Below are positions 47,021 through 57,610 of a stretch of DNA of 64,000 bases, one piece after another. The notes below the pieces were generated by a model. The model saw nothing but the letters and a program-made list of their open reading frames with translations. It was not told the DNA's origin and ran no database searches. This DNA is from Candidatus Kapaibacterium sp. GTDB taxonomy: Bacteria; Bacteroidota; Ignavibacteria; Kapaibacteriales; NICIL-2. Each line of letters opens with the position of its first letter. Position 1 is the first letter of the stretch. The translations under genes were made by a program, and so were the position numbers. The stretch is from NCBI GenBank assembly GCA_026003475.1, contig BPHJ01000001.1, positions 741,189 to 805,188 of the forward strand, read 5' to 3'.

Positions 47021-48784
47021 TCATACTGCAAGTGGTTGAACGTTGAGTCGTCGCTCGAGCTGCTGCCGCTCGAAGAGAACACGGTAGTAAGAGCTATGCA
47101 TCAGTAGGTGCTGGTGCGTTCCCTGTGCAGCTATTCGCCCGCCTTCGAGCACGAAGATGACATCACAATGCTCAATGCTCGAAAGGCGATGAGACACGAT
47201 AACGGTTGTACACGCGAGCTGCCGCAAGTGGGAGAGAATGTGGCGTTCGGTCGCAGTATCAACAGCGCTCAGAGCATCATCGAGAAGGAGAATGCGTGGT
47301 TGGGCAATGAGTGCCCGAGCGATGGCGATACGCTGTCGCTGGCCACCCGAGAGCAGAATCCCACGTTCACCGATGACCGTTGCAAGTCCGTCGGGAAATT
47401 GTTCCACTTCGTGAGCAATTCCGGCTTGTTCGAGGGCAGATCGAATCAGATCGTCAGTAGCATGTGGATTGCCAACACGAATGTTGTCGGCAATGCTCAT
47501 CGAAAACAGAAACGGCTCCTGAGGCACAACCCGAATAATGGCGCGCAAATCGGCTGCGCTGAACTGGGAAATCTCGATACCACCAATCGAAAGCGTGCCG
47601 TGATCGGGGTCGTACAATCGCGCAAGAAGACGTAACAAAGTTGTCTTGCCGGAGCCAATTGGTCCGACAATACCCACATGCAGCCCTTCCCCGATGTCGA
47701 AGCTAAGATCAACAAGTGTCGGCGTCGTGTGATTGTAGCGGAAGTGAACGTGGCGCGCTGCGATGGAATAGCTTCGCAGTGTACCGTGCGTTGTGGGGGG
47801 ATAGGTGATTGCTGGTGGTTCATCCATGATCGCATAGATGCGATCGAGTGAGGCTGCCGAGCGTTGCACAATGCCAGTAACCCATCCAATTGCTGCGATT
47901 GGCCAAATGAGCTGTCCGATGTAGAGAAAGAACTGCGTCAACATTCCAATGGTCATTGCACCGTTCATCACGCGGTAACCGCCGAAGAGCAGCACCAGTA
48001 GTTGCGCAGAGCCAACAAGCAACATCATGGACGGCATAAAGAGCGCTTGCAACCGTGCTAAGCGCAAATTACTCTCAACGTAGCGCCGGCTCTGCTGCGA
48101 AAAGATGTTCTCCTCGTACTGCTCCCGCACAAACGCGCGAATAATGCGAATGCCGGAGAACGCTTCCTGTGCATGGCGTGTAAGCTCGCTAAATTCTTCC
48201 TGGACACGCCGTGATGCTTTGTAGATCCGCTTGCCGACACCGTAGGTCGCCAGCGCAATTAGCGGGAGCGGTAACAGTGCGATTCCGGTCGTCGCTGCGT
48301 CGAGGCTCAGCATGAGTGCGAGAACGAATGCAAAGGTCGTCAGTGTGTTGGCCGAATACATTATCGCTGGTCCCAGAAACTCTCGCACAGCGGCAATATC
48401 ATTGGTAGCATGCGCCATCAGAACACCGGTTGGCATGCGGTCATAAAAACGCTGGCTCTGCCGTTCGAGTGCTGCTAAAAAGTCACGGCGTAGCTCGTAC
48501 TCGATCTTGCGCGAAGTAACAATGATGGTCTTCCGCGTCGCAAACATGAAAAGTCCACTCCCAACCGTAAGCAGCAAAATCAGCCCGATGCGCAACAGTA
48601 CTGCATCGGCTGTTGCATTTCTGTGTGCAATCAAATCAACTGTTTGCCCGATAATGCGCGGATAGTACGCTGAACACAAGTTCGAGAGCGTCACAAACAC
48701 TGCTCCGGCAATTAGTACTGCTCGATAGGGCGACAGGTACTGTTTCGCAAGGCGCTGGAAATTTGTTCGGGTATTTGATGGCAT
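47021..48784 (-). CDS. ABC exporter, fused permease/ATPase (MdlA-like)
   Basis: 6-TM domain, GPIGSGKT, LSGGQRQR, LLDDALSAVD, SHRLS. Start ATG 48784. Confidence 0.92.
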   Translation of the reverse strand: MPSNTRTNFQRLAKQYLSPYRAVLIAGAVFVTLSNLCSAYYPRIIGQTVDLIAHRNATADAVLLRIGLILLLTVGSGLFMFATRKTIIVTSRKIEYELRRDFLAALERQSQRFYDRMPTGVLMAHATNDIAAVREFLGPAIMYSANTLTTFAFVLALMLSLDAATTGIALLPLPLIALATYGVGKRIYKASRRVQEEFSELTRHAQEAFSGIRIIRAFVREQYEENIFSQQSRRYVESNLRLARLQALFMPSMMLLVGSAQLLVLLFGGYRVMNGAMTIGMLTQFFLYIGQLIWPIAAIGWVTGIVQRSAASLDRIYAIMDEPPAITYPPTTHGTLRSYSIAARHVHFRYNHTTPTLVDLSFDIGEGLHVGIVGPIGSGKTTLLRLLARLYDPDHGTLSIGGIEISQFSAADLRAIIRVVPQEPFLFSMSIADNIRVGNPHATDDLIRSALEQAGIAHEVEQFPDGLATVIGERGILLSGGQRQRIAIARALIAQPRILLLDDALSAVDTATERHILSHLRQLACTTVIVSHRLSSIEHCDVIFVLEGGRIAAQGTHQHLLMHSSYYRVLFERQQLERRLNVQPLAV

Positions 48785-48803
48785 CGCTTTTGAACAGCAG
48801 TGC

Positions 48804-49874
48804 TTATGCGAGGGTGATCTCTGGAGACAGGTATACATCCTGAATCGCATTGAGCAGCGCGATACCTTCAGCCATCGGTCGTTGGAATGCTTTGCGGCCG
48901 GAAATCAATCCGGCGCCGCCAGCACGTTTGTTGATGACTGCAGTCCAGACTGCTTCAAAAAAGTCGTTGGAGCCAGAAGGGCCACCGCTATTGATGAGTG
49001 CAATCTTGCCCATGAAACAGTTGAGAACCTGGTAGCGGCAAAGGTCAATTGGATGGTCACTCGATAATTGCTTGTACATCCGCTGGTCGAATTTTCCGTA
49101 GCTGATACCATTTGCATTGAGGGCAAGGTAACCGCCATTGTTTTCCGGCAACTTTTGCTTGACGATGTCGGCTTCAATCGTGGCGCCGAGATAATTTGCC
49201 TGACCAGTCAAATCGGCACTGACGTGGTAGTCGTGTTCTTTTGTCTTGAATGCACTGTTGCGGAGATAGCACCAAAGGACGGTAGCCATGCCCAACTCAT
49301 GAGCCAGTGCGAATGCTTGGCTGATTTCTTGGATTTGTCGGGCGCTCTCTGGCGAGCCAAAGTAAATCGTTGCCCCGACCGCGGCAGCTCCCATGTCATA
49401 GGCTTGCTCGACAGTGCCGAAGAGAATTTGATCGTACTTGTTTGGGTAGCTGAGCAGTTCGTTGTGATTGATCTTGACGATAAACGGGATTTTGTGGGCG
49501 TATTTGCGCGCGCAGAGGCCAAGAGCGCCGAACGTCGAAGCAACAGCATTGCAGCCACCTTCGATTGCAAGCTCGACGATACGCTCTGGATCGAAATATT
49601 CTGGATTTTTTGCGAACGATGCACCCGCACTGTGCTCGATACCTTGATCAACGGGGAGTATCGAAAGGTATCCTGTTCCAGCTAACCGACCAGTCGAGTA
49701 GATCCATTGCAGGTTTCGCAAAACTCGATTGGAACGGTCACTGCCAATGAAAATGCGATCAACCCAATCGCCACTTGGCTCGGGAAGCATTTCCTTGGGG
49801 ATAGTGGCGCAGCGATGCTCGAGCAAGAATGCTGCTTTGTCACCAAGAATGGTGACGATGCGATCAATGCTCAT
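48804..49874 (-). CDS. fbaB: Class I fructose-bisphosphate aldolase (DhnA type)
   Basis: [42 protein letters not shown]. Confidence 0.96.
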   Translation of the reverse strand: MSIDRIVTILGDKAAFLLEHRCATIPKEMLPEPSGDWVDRIFIGSDRSNRVLRNLQWIYSTGRLAGTGYLSILPVDQGIEHSAGASFAKNPEYFDPERIVELAIEGGCNAVASTFGALGLCARKYAHKIPFIVKINHNELLSYPNKYDQILFGTVEQAYDMGAAAVGATIYFGSPESARQIQEISQAFALAHELGMATVLWCYLRNSAFKTKEHDYHVSADLTGQANYLGATIEADIVKQKLPENNGGYLALNANGISYGKFDQRMYKQLSSDHPIDLCRYQVLNCFMGKIALINSGGPSGSNDFFEAVWTAVINKRAGGAGLISGRKAFQRPMAEGIALLNAIQDVYLSPEITLA

Positions 49875-49961
49875 TGCGAACTTGTCAACAAGATGTGGGA
49901 CATGACGTGGATGGGTGTCATCGTATTCGACTCAACACAATGCCAAATTAGGGAATAGCCA

Positions 49962-51179
49962 CTACTTGATGCGTAAAATGACGAGCGGACTAATCCGTGT
50001 TGCAGCGTACGCAGGCAGAGCGGCAACCACAAGCGAAAGTACCATCACAACCCCACCGACAATGGCAGCATGCCACCAACCAAATGCAATCGGAAGACGA
50101 TCAATGAAGTAAACATCGGCGTCGAGTCGGACGATACCAAATGCCTGCTGAACGTAACCGATCGTGAGGCTGATTACCAGACCGAGCGCGTACCCCATGG
50201 AACCGATCCACGCCCCGTAGGCGGTTATCAATCCCAGGACACGGCGGTGATCCAAACCAAGTAAGCGCAGGATTGCGATTGCGTGCCGCCGCTCGACGAT
50301 CACTACAAACAAGAGCGTCAAGATGTTGAATGCTGCAACAACGCTCAATATCCCCACGATGATGGGTATCGGTCGTTTCTGCAGCGCAATCCAGGTGAAC
50401 ATTGCGGGGTGTATCTCCCGATACGTCCGAACATACAGCGAGGAACCATAGAGCGAATCCAACACACCAGCTACGACACGACTTTGGTCAGGGTACTTCA
50501 GCCAGAGCGTAAAGCCTGTTGGAACGAAGCGGCCCAGACGCAGCGTGCGCACAAGCGATGCACCTGCCAATGCTATGGTTTCATCAAATTGACGCATACC
50601 GCTTTCGAAAACTGCACCGATACGAACTCGGCGTACAAGCGGAAATCCAAGTCCTGCCGACTGTGCTGCTGCCTGTGGCTGCGAGAGAAACATCGCGATT
50701 GTATCTCCGACCTTGACTCCTAATCGCTCCGCCAGGGGGCGTCCAAGCGCCAGTGCATCTTCGTGCATGATCGTGTGTTGGTCAACGGCCAACGCTACCA
50801 GTCGTTCGGTAACAAGAGGAGTATCGGCATGGATTACTGCAGCTTCGACATTGCCATGGTGGGCAAGGAGTGCCTCGAGCTCGGTGTACGCAACAACCCG
50901 CTCAATCGCTGGATTCGTCATGCGGAGACGGTCTGTCCACTGCTGGAACGACGGTGCTACATGCTTGGACGTGATCTGTGCGTCGAGATGCCCGATGAAT
51001 AGGCTCGTTTTGGATTGAAGCTCCTGTTCGAAGCCGCTAAGGATCCCCAGTGCAAGGAGCAATGCTGCGCTGCTGATGGCTACGCTGCCCACAGCGATTA
51101 CGTGGGTCAACGACAGAAACTTTGTCTGGCGGCGATTGAATATTTGCCGTGCAAGCTGGAGCAGATCCCCAATGCTCAT
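49962..51179 (-). CDS. LolC/E-type (MacB/FtsX family) ABC permease
   Basis: ILSGFEQEL, VAAFNIL, ERRHAIAILRLLG, VYFIDRLP, LPAYAATRISP. Confidence 0.85.
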   Translation of the reverse strand: MSIGDLLQLARQIFNRRQTKFLSLTHVIAVGSVAISSAALLLALGILSGFEQELQSKTSLFIGHLDAQITSKHVAPSFQQWTDRLRMTNPAIERVVAYTELEALLAHHGNVEAAVIHADTPLVTERLVALAVDQHTIMHEDALALGRPLAERLGVKVGDTIAMFLSQPQAAAQSAGLGFPLVRRVRIGAVFESGMRQFDETIALAGASLVRTLRLGRFVPTGFTLWLKYPDQSRVVAGVLDSLYGSSLYVRTYREIHPAMFTWIALQKRPIPIIVGILSVVAAFNILTLLFVVIVERRHAIAILRLLGLDHRRVLGLITAYGAWIGSMGYALGLVISLTIGYVQQAFGIVRLDADVYFIDRLPIAFGWWHAAIVGGVVMVLSLVVAALPAYAATRISPLVILRIK

Positions 51180-52048
51180 TGCTTGGAATCATCGTAGGGA
51201 TAAAACCCGCGACCAGACTTTCTCCCATGCAAGCCCGCATCAACGTAGGCTTGTTGCAGTCTCGATGGTTGGAAGCGGGGCTCGAAAAAGTACTGCTCAA
51301 AAACGGATTTCGTAACACTCAGGTTCGTATCGACACCGATGAGGTCCATCAAACGGAATGGGCCCATGCGGAAGCCTGCTGCCTCGAGAAGACGATCTAC
51401 CTGCTCGATCGTGGCAGCGCCTTCGGTTACTATTCGTTGGGGTTCGTTGTAGTAGTTCCGAACAACGCGGTTGACCAGGAAACCCGGAACATCCCGGACA
51501 ACGATCGGAACCTTTCCCAGTTGTTGTGCAATGCGACAAGAGCGCTCAATTGTTTCGGTACTTGTGTGAAGCGAGGGAATGATCTCGACCAGCTTCATGA
51601 TGTGTGCGGGATTGAAGAAGTGTATTCCCACAAAACGTTCTGGTCGCAAGAGATCTGCCGATAGTGCATTGATTGAAATGGATGATGTATTCGTGCCGAT
51701 AATAGCCGATGGGGAGAGGATGCGTTCGAGTTCGGCATAGAGTTCAACTTTACGTTCACGATTCTCGATGATGGACTCGATGACCATCCCATCATTGGCG
51801 TGGACTTCCAGATTAGTACCCGTTGTCAGTGCCGAACGAGCATGGGTAGCCTGATCGCTGGTGATTCGCTGTTTGGCAAGCAGCGTTGTTACTTGCTGCT
51901 CGATGAACTGTGCCGCCGACTCAAGTGCAGGCGCGTGGGTATCGCTCAGCGTGACATGATAGCCATTGAGAAGGCATGCAAGCGCAATGCCGCGTCCCAT
52001 TGTTCCAGCACCAACAATGCCGATGTGTGTAATGTCCATCGTGGTCAC
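51176..52048 (-). CDS. 3-hydroxyacyl-CoA (3-hydroxybutyryl-CoA) dehydrogenase
   Basis: GAGTMGRGIA, TNTSS, HFFNPA, PGFLVNR, MGPFRLMDLIG, GRKSGRGFY. Confidence 0.92.
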   Translation of the reverse strand: MTTMDITHIGIVGAGTMGRGIALACLLNGYHVTLSDTHAPALESAAQFIEQQVTTLLAKQRITSDQATHARSALTTGTNLEVHANDGMVIESIIENRERKVELYAELERILSPSAIIGTNTSSISINALSADLLRPERFVGIHFFNPAHIMKLVEIIPSLHTSTETIERSCRIAQQLGKVPIVVRDVPGFLVNRVVRNYYNEPQRIVTEGAATIEQVDRLLEAAGFRMGPFRLMDLIGVDTNLSVTKSVFEQYFFEPRFQPSRLQQAYVDAGLHGRKSGRGFYPYDDSKQ

Positions 52049-52054
52049 CGCGTG

Positions 52055-53257
52055 TTAGTTGATGACACCGTATTTGCGACCAACAGTTGCAAATGCATCG
52101 AGTGCGCGATCGAGGTGCTCGCGAGTATGCGCTGCCGAGAGCTGCACCCTAATTCGTGCATGTCCCTTGGGGACGACGGGGTAGAAGAATCCAACCACAT
52201 AGATGCCTTCCTCGAGCATACTTCGTGCAAAGTCTTGAGACAATTTGGCGTCGTAGAGCATAATCGGCACGATGGGATGATTCCCCGGTTTGACGTCGAA
52301 GCCAAGCCCAACGAGTTGTGAACGGAAGTACTGCGTGTTTTGTTCTAATCGGTCGCGGAGTTCTGTTGTTGAGGAAAGTAGTTCGAACACGGCGATGCTG
52401 GCACCGACAATGCTGGGAGGTAGGGAATTTGAGAATAGGTACGGTCGCGATCGTTGACGCAATAGTTCGATGATTTCTCCGCGTCCGGTGGTGAAACCGC
52501 CAATGCCGCCACCGAGTGCTTTGCCAAGCGTTCCGGTGATAATATCCACCCGTCCGGTGACATTGCAGTATTCAACGATTCCGCGGCCTGTTTTTCCCAT
52601 AAATCCCATGGAATGGCATTCATCCACCATGACGAGCGCTTGGTACCGTTCGGCAAGGTCGCAGATTTGATCGAGTGGTGCGATCGTGCCATCCATCGAG
52701 AACACCGCATCGGTTGCAATGATGATGTGTCGTGCGCCTTCGGCTCGCGCCTGGTGAAGTTTGTCTTCCAGGTCATTCATATCGCACGATTTGTAGCGGT
52801 ATCGCTTGGCTTTGCAGAGTCGAATGCCGTCAATGATGGAAGCATGGTTGAGCTCGTCACTGATGATGGCATCATTCTCCGAAAAGAGCGGTTCAAAAAC
52901 GCCACCGTTAGCATCGAAGCATGCGGCGTACAAGATGGCATCGTCGGTCTGACAGAACTCAGCGATCGTGCGCTCAAGCTTTTTGTGGAGGTCTTGAGTC
53001 CCGCAGATAAAGCGCACGCTCGACATGCCAAAGCCATGGGTATCGGTGGCTTCTTTTGCCGCTGCGATTACACGCGGGTGGGAAGACAACCCAAGGTAGT
53101 TGTTCGCGCAAAAGTTCAGGACCGGTTTGTTGATACCCTCGACGCGAATTTCTGGCCCTTGCGGGGTGGTTATAATGCGTTCGTCTTTGTAGAGTCCAGC
53201 TTGGCGAAGCGAATCAAGTTCTGCGCGAAGCTGTTCAGCAAATTGTGTGGGGAACAT
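52055..53257 (-). CDS. kbl: Glycine C-acetyltransferase (2-amino-3-ketobutyrate CoA ligase)
   Basis: NFCANNYLGL, SVRFICGTQ, NHASIIDG, GTLGKALGG, RSRPYLFSN. TACTTTTG on the minus strand at 53292-53299. Confidence 0.96.
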   Translation of the reverse strand: MFPTQFAEQLRAELDSLRQAGLYKDERIITTPQGPEIRVEGINKPVLNFCANNYLGLSSHPRVIAAAKEATDTHGFGMSSVRFICGTQDLHKKLERTIAEFCQTDDAILYAACFDANGGVFEPLFSENDAIISDELNHASIIDGIRLCKAKRYRYKSCDMNDLEDKLHQARAEGARHIIIATDAVFSMDGTIAPLDQICDLAERYQALVMVDECHSMGFMGKTGRGIVEYCNVTGRVDIITGTLGKALGGGIGGFTTGRGEIIELLRQRSRPYLFSNSLPPSIVGASIAVFELLSSTTELRDRLEQNTQYFRSQLVGLGFDVKPGNHPIVPIMLYDAKLSQDFARSMLEEGIYVVGFFYPVVPKGHARIRVQLSAAHTREHLDRALDAFATVGRKYGVIN

Positions 53258-53366
53258 ACTTCATGCAACAAAGTGGCAAACAACACGCCTGCAAAAGTAC
53301 CATGCCGACGCAGAGACAATTCCGAGCAACAGACGGCAGATTTTTCTCCTGTGCGGGATCGGCGTA

Positions 53367-54488
53367 CTAAGTATTGCCTTGTTGCAGCGTCTTGATCCTA
53401 TCGGCAATCACACCGCCGCCAACGACATCATCACCGTCGTAGAGTACAACTGATTGCCCCGGTGTGATGGCTCGGCGTGGCATTTCGAATTCAACGCGGA
53501 GCAGACCATCGTTGCCAACAAAACACACCGCTGCTGCGCCGTCGTCCTTGTAGCGAATCTTTACCGTGAAGCGCGAGGGTGTATCAAGCGAAGCGTACTT
53601 GATCAAATTTAGTGAATGTGCTGTCAGTCCCTGGTGGTACAATTCGTCCTCCGGGCCAACAACGAGAGCATGTTGTTCGGGAAGAATGTCGAGCACATAG
53701 AGTGGCTCAGGTGAGGCAATGCCTAATCCGCGACGCTGACCAATTGTGTAGAATGGATACCCGCGATGCTCACCAACGACACGATCGCCGTAGAGGATTG
53801 GGCCTTGGGTCTTTGTACTTTCGGGTACGGTCTCTGCGATAAATCGAGCATAGTTGTTATCGGGGACAAAGCAGAGCTCGTAGGACTCGTGTTTATGCGC
53901 GATAGCAATTCCAATCCGATCGAGGTATAGGCGAGTTTCTTCCTTTGTCCATTCGCCGAGAGGGAACAAGGTTCGAGCCAGTTGTGATTGGGTAAGCGCC
54001 CAGAGTGCATACGATTGATCTTTTCGTGAATCTCGCCCACGCGAGAGGATATAGCGTCCGCTGGTAGGATCGCGCCGGATTCGTGCATAATGTCCTGTTG
54101 CGATGTACGCCGCGCCGAGCGCATCGGCTTTCCGGAGCAGTTGTCCCCACTTGATATGGCGGTTGCACTGCACGCACGGATTCGGCGTGCGACCACTCAT
54201 GTATTCTGCTGTGAAATAGTCAATGACTTGAGCCTTGAACGGGGCAGTAAAGTCCACGACGTAGTGAGGAATCCCAAGCTGGAGAGCTACCCTGCGAGCA
54301 TCGTTGATTCCATCGAGCGAGCAGCAGGATGATTCGTTCCCAATGTTCCCGCCCGTCAATTCGTAGTCGTATGTCTTGATGGTAATGCCGATGACTTCGT
54401 AGCCTTGCTCGACAAGAAGTGCTGCAACGGCGGATGAATCAACTCCGCCACTCATACCGACGATTACTCTTCGATCGTTACGTTTCAT
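53367..54488 (-). CDS. mnmA: tRNA-specific 2-thiouridylase
   Basis: GMSGGVDS, TPNPCVQCN, ATGHYA, KDQSY, YTIGQRRGLG, AITPGQ. Confidence 0.96.
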   Translation of the reverse strand: MKRNDRRVIVGMSGGVDSSAVAALLVEQGYEVIGITIKTYDYELTGGNIGNESSCCSLDGINDARRVALQLGIPHYVVDFTAPFKAQVIDYFTAEYMSGRTPNPCVQCNRHIKWGQLLRKADALGAAYIATGHYARIRRDPTSGRYILSRGRDSRKDQSYALWALTQSQLARTLFPLGEWTKEETRLYLDRIGIAIAHKHESYELCFVPDNNYARFIAETVPESTKTQGPILYGDRVVGEHRGYPFYTIGQRRGLGIASPEPLYVLDILPEQHALVVGPEDELYHQGLTAHSLNLIKYASLDTPSRFTVKIRYKDDGAAAVCFVGNDGLLRVEFEMPRRAITPGQSVVLYDGDDVVGGGVIADRIKTLQQGNT

Positions 54489-54596
54489 GCTCGTACGGTG
54501 GAAATCCGCTCCCTAAGACGCACAGAGTACTGAATTCATGCTCGGTTCGATTCGATGCTACCAATTTTGTACTTGTTCTGACAACAGCAGAAACAC

Positions 54597-55874
54597 ATGG
54601 TGCAAGAGATTCTCGACAAACTTTATCGCCTGCAACGACGCGGTATCGTTCCTGGCTTAGAGCGAGTTTACGCAATGCTGGAACATCTGGGTAATCCTCA
54701 CGAACGCCTTCGTGCGATTCATGTTGCAGGTACGAACGGAAAGGGAACAGTCTCAAGCGTTGTGGCTTCGATACTCATGGAAGCAGGGGAAATAGTGGGG
54801 CTCTATACGTCACCCCATATCCGCGCGTTCAACGAACGAATTCGCATCAACAGCATCCCAATCAGTGACAATGAAATTGTTGAATTATTCAATGCTGTCG
54901 AGACAGTAGCTGATTCAGTGGGAGCAACGTTTTTCGAAATTACAACTGTTATGGCACTATCAAAATTCACAACAACCACAACCACCAACATACTCGAATG
55001 TGGTCTTGGGGGAAGGCTTGACGCCACCAACGCTGTGCGACCGTGTGTAGCTGTAATCACCAGCATTGACTACGACCATCAGGAGTGGTTAGGAAACACC
55101 CTCGAGCAGATTGCATTCGAAAAGGCAGGTATTATCAAGTCCGGCATTCCTGCTGTGATCGGTGAGCCTCGCCGGGAGTTGCGATCTGTATTCGAGCGCC
55201 GTGCCCAAGAAGTAGGTGCAAGTGCCGTGCGATATCTCGAGGACATACCCTGGTCTCATCGCGTACGCGAAATTCAGCTCGGTGGAATGATCGTCGAGCT
55301 GGCGGTTGGAAAGTGGTACTGGGAAGAGCTCTTCATTCCACTGCATGGTGAACATCAAATTCGGAACATTGCACTTGCTATTCTTGTGCTGGAGCAATAC
55401 TGGGAGACGCCGCCTGCTGATGCTGAGAAGGTCATCGCTCGGGGAATAGCTAACCTTCGACGCAATAGTGGACTCCGGGCTCGTATCGAGGTTATTCGTC
55501 AGGATCCACTTCTTGTCTTTGATGTTGCACACAATCCTGCTGGTTGCTGCGCACTTGCAAAGGTGCTTTCTACTGTCCCGTTCCCTCGAACGTGGAACAT
55601 CGTGTTCGGCGTTATGCGTGACAAAGATTATCGCTCGATGCTCTGCACGCTTGCAAGTCTTGCTGAGCGATTCTACTTAGCATCGCCGCGAGGAGAACGT
55701 GCGTGCGATCCAACGAATCTTGCTCAAGTAGTAAGCGAGCTTGGATGCCCTTTCGAAATTCACGCAAGCATTGCATCTGCCCTCGATGCAGCAAGCGCGA
55801 CCGGACGTCCGACGCTCTGCACGGGTTCATTCTTCACGATCGAGGAGGCGTTTGAGTATCTCGACAATACGTGA
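54597..55874 (+). CDS. folC: Bifunctional folylpolyglutamate/dihydrofolate synthase
   Basis: HVAGTNGKG, YTSPH, ECGLGGRLDATN, EKAGIIK, DVAHNP, TGS. Confidence 0.94.
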   Translation: MVQEILDKLYRLQRRGIVPGLERVYAMLEHLGNPHERLRAIHVAGTNGKGTVSSVVASILMEAGEIVGLYTSPHIRAFNERIRINSIPISDNEIVELFNAVETVADSVGATFFEITTVMALSKFTTTTTTNILECGLGGRLDATNAVRPCVAVITSIDYDHQEWLGNTLEQIAFEKAGIIKSGIPAVIGEPRRELRSVFERRAQEVGASAVRYLEDIPWSHRVREIQLGGMIVELAVGKWYWEELFIPLHGEHQIRNIALAILVLEQYWETPPADAEKVIARGIANLRRNSGLRARIEVIRQDPLLVFDVAHNPAGCCALAKVLSTVPFPRTWNIVFGVMRDKDYRSMLCTLASLAERFYLASPRGERACDPTNLAQVVSELGCPFEIHASIASALDAASATGRPTLCTGSFFTIEEAFEYLDNT

Positions 55875-56066
55875 AACAAGTTCTGTTAGCCACTGAGCAA
55901 AACGCTCGGTGTCGCGGTGGGGTTGTTCGAGAGGCATTCGGAGAGAAGGCACCATCGAAGGTTGGTCCAGACTCTGTGTGCTGATGAATGTGTGCACTGT
56001 ACCGAGCAGCAGCAATAGTGCAGCGAGAATAATCAAGCGCCAACGTCGTTTCAACCAGTTTGCCAT
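55827..56066 (-). CDS. Small hypothetical membrane or secreted protein (79 aa)
   Basis: Basic N-terminus plus hydrophobic helix (KRRWRLIILAALLLLLG), AAGGAG RBS about 10 nt upstream, TAATTTTG at 56098-56105. Confidence 0.55.
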   Translation of the reverse strand: MANWLKRRWRLIILAALLLLLGTVHTFISTQSLDQPSMVPSLRMPLEQPHRDTERFAQWLTELVSRIVEILKRLLDREE

Positions 56067-56160
56067 GCCTTGGCCACTCCTTGAGTCAAGCCCAATGCAA
56101 AATTAGAGTGCTTCTGTACTTGCAGTAATTTTGCTTCAGCAGTCTGCTCAACGCTTCCCA

Positions 56161-56709
56161 ATGAGTTCGCCACTAATTCTCCCGTACGGTACCGCCCGAC
56201 CACAGCTCCACCCGATGGCAGTTGTGCTTCCAGGGAGCGTCATCGCTGGTGATGTCGCGATCGGAGAGTTTTCGTCGGTGTGGTTCAATTGTGTCGTCCG
56301 TGGGGATGTTCACTCGATTTGTATTGGAGCACGAACAAATATCCAGGACCTTTCGATGCTGCATGTAACCAACGGCAAGTTTGCCCTCTCGATCGGGGAT
56401 GAGGTAACTATTGGCCACAGGGCGATTGTGCACGGCTGTACCGTCGAAAGTCAGGTACTTGTCGGGATGGGTGCGGTGCTTCTCGATGGTTGTGTTGTAT
56501 CGTCGCGCTCGATTGTTGCAGCCGGCTCGGTGGTCAGAGAAGGGCAACAGATTCCGTCTGGCGTACTCGCTGCTGGCGTACCAGCTCGCATCGTTCGTGA
56601 ATTGACGCCAGAAGAACAAGATTCGATTGCAGCAATCGCAGCACAGTATGTTGGGTATGCGCAGAATTATGCAGAGCTCATTCGTAAATCAATCGCTGAG
56701 CATCCATGA
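56161..56709 (+). CDS. Gamma carbonic anhydrase family hexapeptide-repeat protein
   Basis: SVWFNCVVRGD, TNIQD, LH, IGH, VHGC, AGVPA. TAATTTTG at 56126-56133. Confidence 0.92.
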   Translation: MSSPLILPYGTARPQLHPMAVVLPGSVIAGDVAIGEFSSVWFNCVVRGDVHSICIGARTNIQDLSMLHVTNGKFALSIGDEVTIGHRAIVHGCTVESQVLVGMGAVLLDGCVVSSRSIVAAGSVVREGQQIPSGVLAAGVPARIVRELTPEEQDSIAAIAAQYVGYAQNYAELIRKSIAEHP

Positions 56710-57599
56710 GCGACCTTGCCGGCACAGCGCTGAAAAGAGCTCGCGCCCTTCTTGAGCATCTCCACAGAATAAGCGGTGGCTATATCCTCGCACCGGCCAC
56801 GGACGCCACCGTTCGCTGTGAATCTGCCTCTCCGGCAATCAACCCTCCAAACTCTGCTTCAACGGTAGCAACCAATCCACCAGAGGTGATGCACACAAAC
56901 GCCAATGATCCAGCAATGCAATCAAGCCACTTGACAAGGATGCCGTTCCGACTCGACGTTGCATCCCGCATTCACTCCGACACGATTTTCGCCAGTGAAA
57001 ACGATTTCAACACAGCGCAATCACTCGAGGAGCTCTACGACCGCATCCACACCTGCACCAAATGCCCGTTGGGGGCGACGCGAACGAAGTTTGTCTTTGG
57101 CAGTGGTAACCCACATGCAGAGATTGTCTTCATTGGTGAGGCACCCGGTGCCGACGAAGACCAACAAGGTGAGCCTTTTGTTGGTCGCGCCGGACAGCTG
57201 CTCACCAAGATTCTAGCTGCAATTGAGCTGGACCGCCGTCAAGTGTACATCTGCAACATTCTCAAGTGTCGTCCGCCCGGTAATCGGCGGCCGCTGCCAA
57301 CGGAAGCGGAACAGTGCGAGCCATACCTATACAAACAGCTCCAGCTTATCAATCCACCATTCCTTGTGGCGCTGGGGTTGACGGCAGCGGAGACTCTCCT
57401 ACGGCGGAAGCTCAAAATGGCAGACGCACGCGGGCAGTGGTACAACTTCTACGGTGGCCGCCTGCTGGTAACCTATCACCCAGCAGCACTCCTGCGGAAT
57501 CCCGAACTCAAGCGTGATACGTGGGAAGATGTCAAACGGCTCCGCGCTGCCTACGACACGTATCGCTCAACAGGAATGTTACCCGAACCAACCAGCTAA
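56706..57599 (+). CDS. Family 4 uracil-DNA glycosylase (Fe-S) with N-terminal extension
   Basis: [40 protein letters not shown]. Confidence 0.93.
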   Translation: MSDLAGTALKRARALLEHLHRISGGYILAPATDATVRCESASPAINPPNSASTVATNPPEVMHTNANDPAMQSSHLTRMPFRLDVASRIHSDTIFASENDFNTAQSLEELYDRIHTCTKCPLGATRTKFVFGSGNPHAEIVFIGEAPGADEDQQGEPFVGRAGQLLTKILAAIELDRRQVYICNILKCRPPGNRRPLPTEAEQCEPYLYKQLQLINPPFLVALGLTAAETLLRRKLKMADARGQWYNFYGGRLLVTYHPAALLRNPELKRDTWEDVKRLRAAYDTYRSTGMLPEPTS

Positions 57600-57610
57600 G
57601 GAAGCACACC

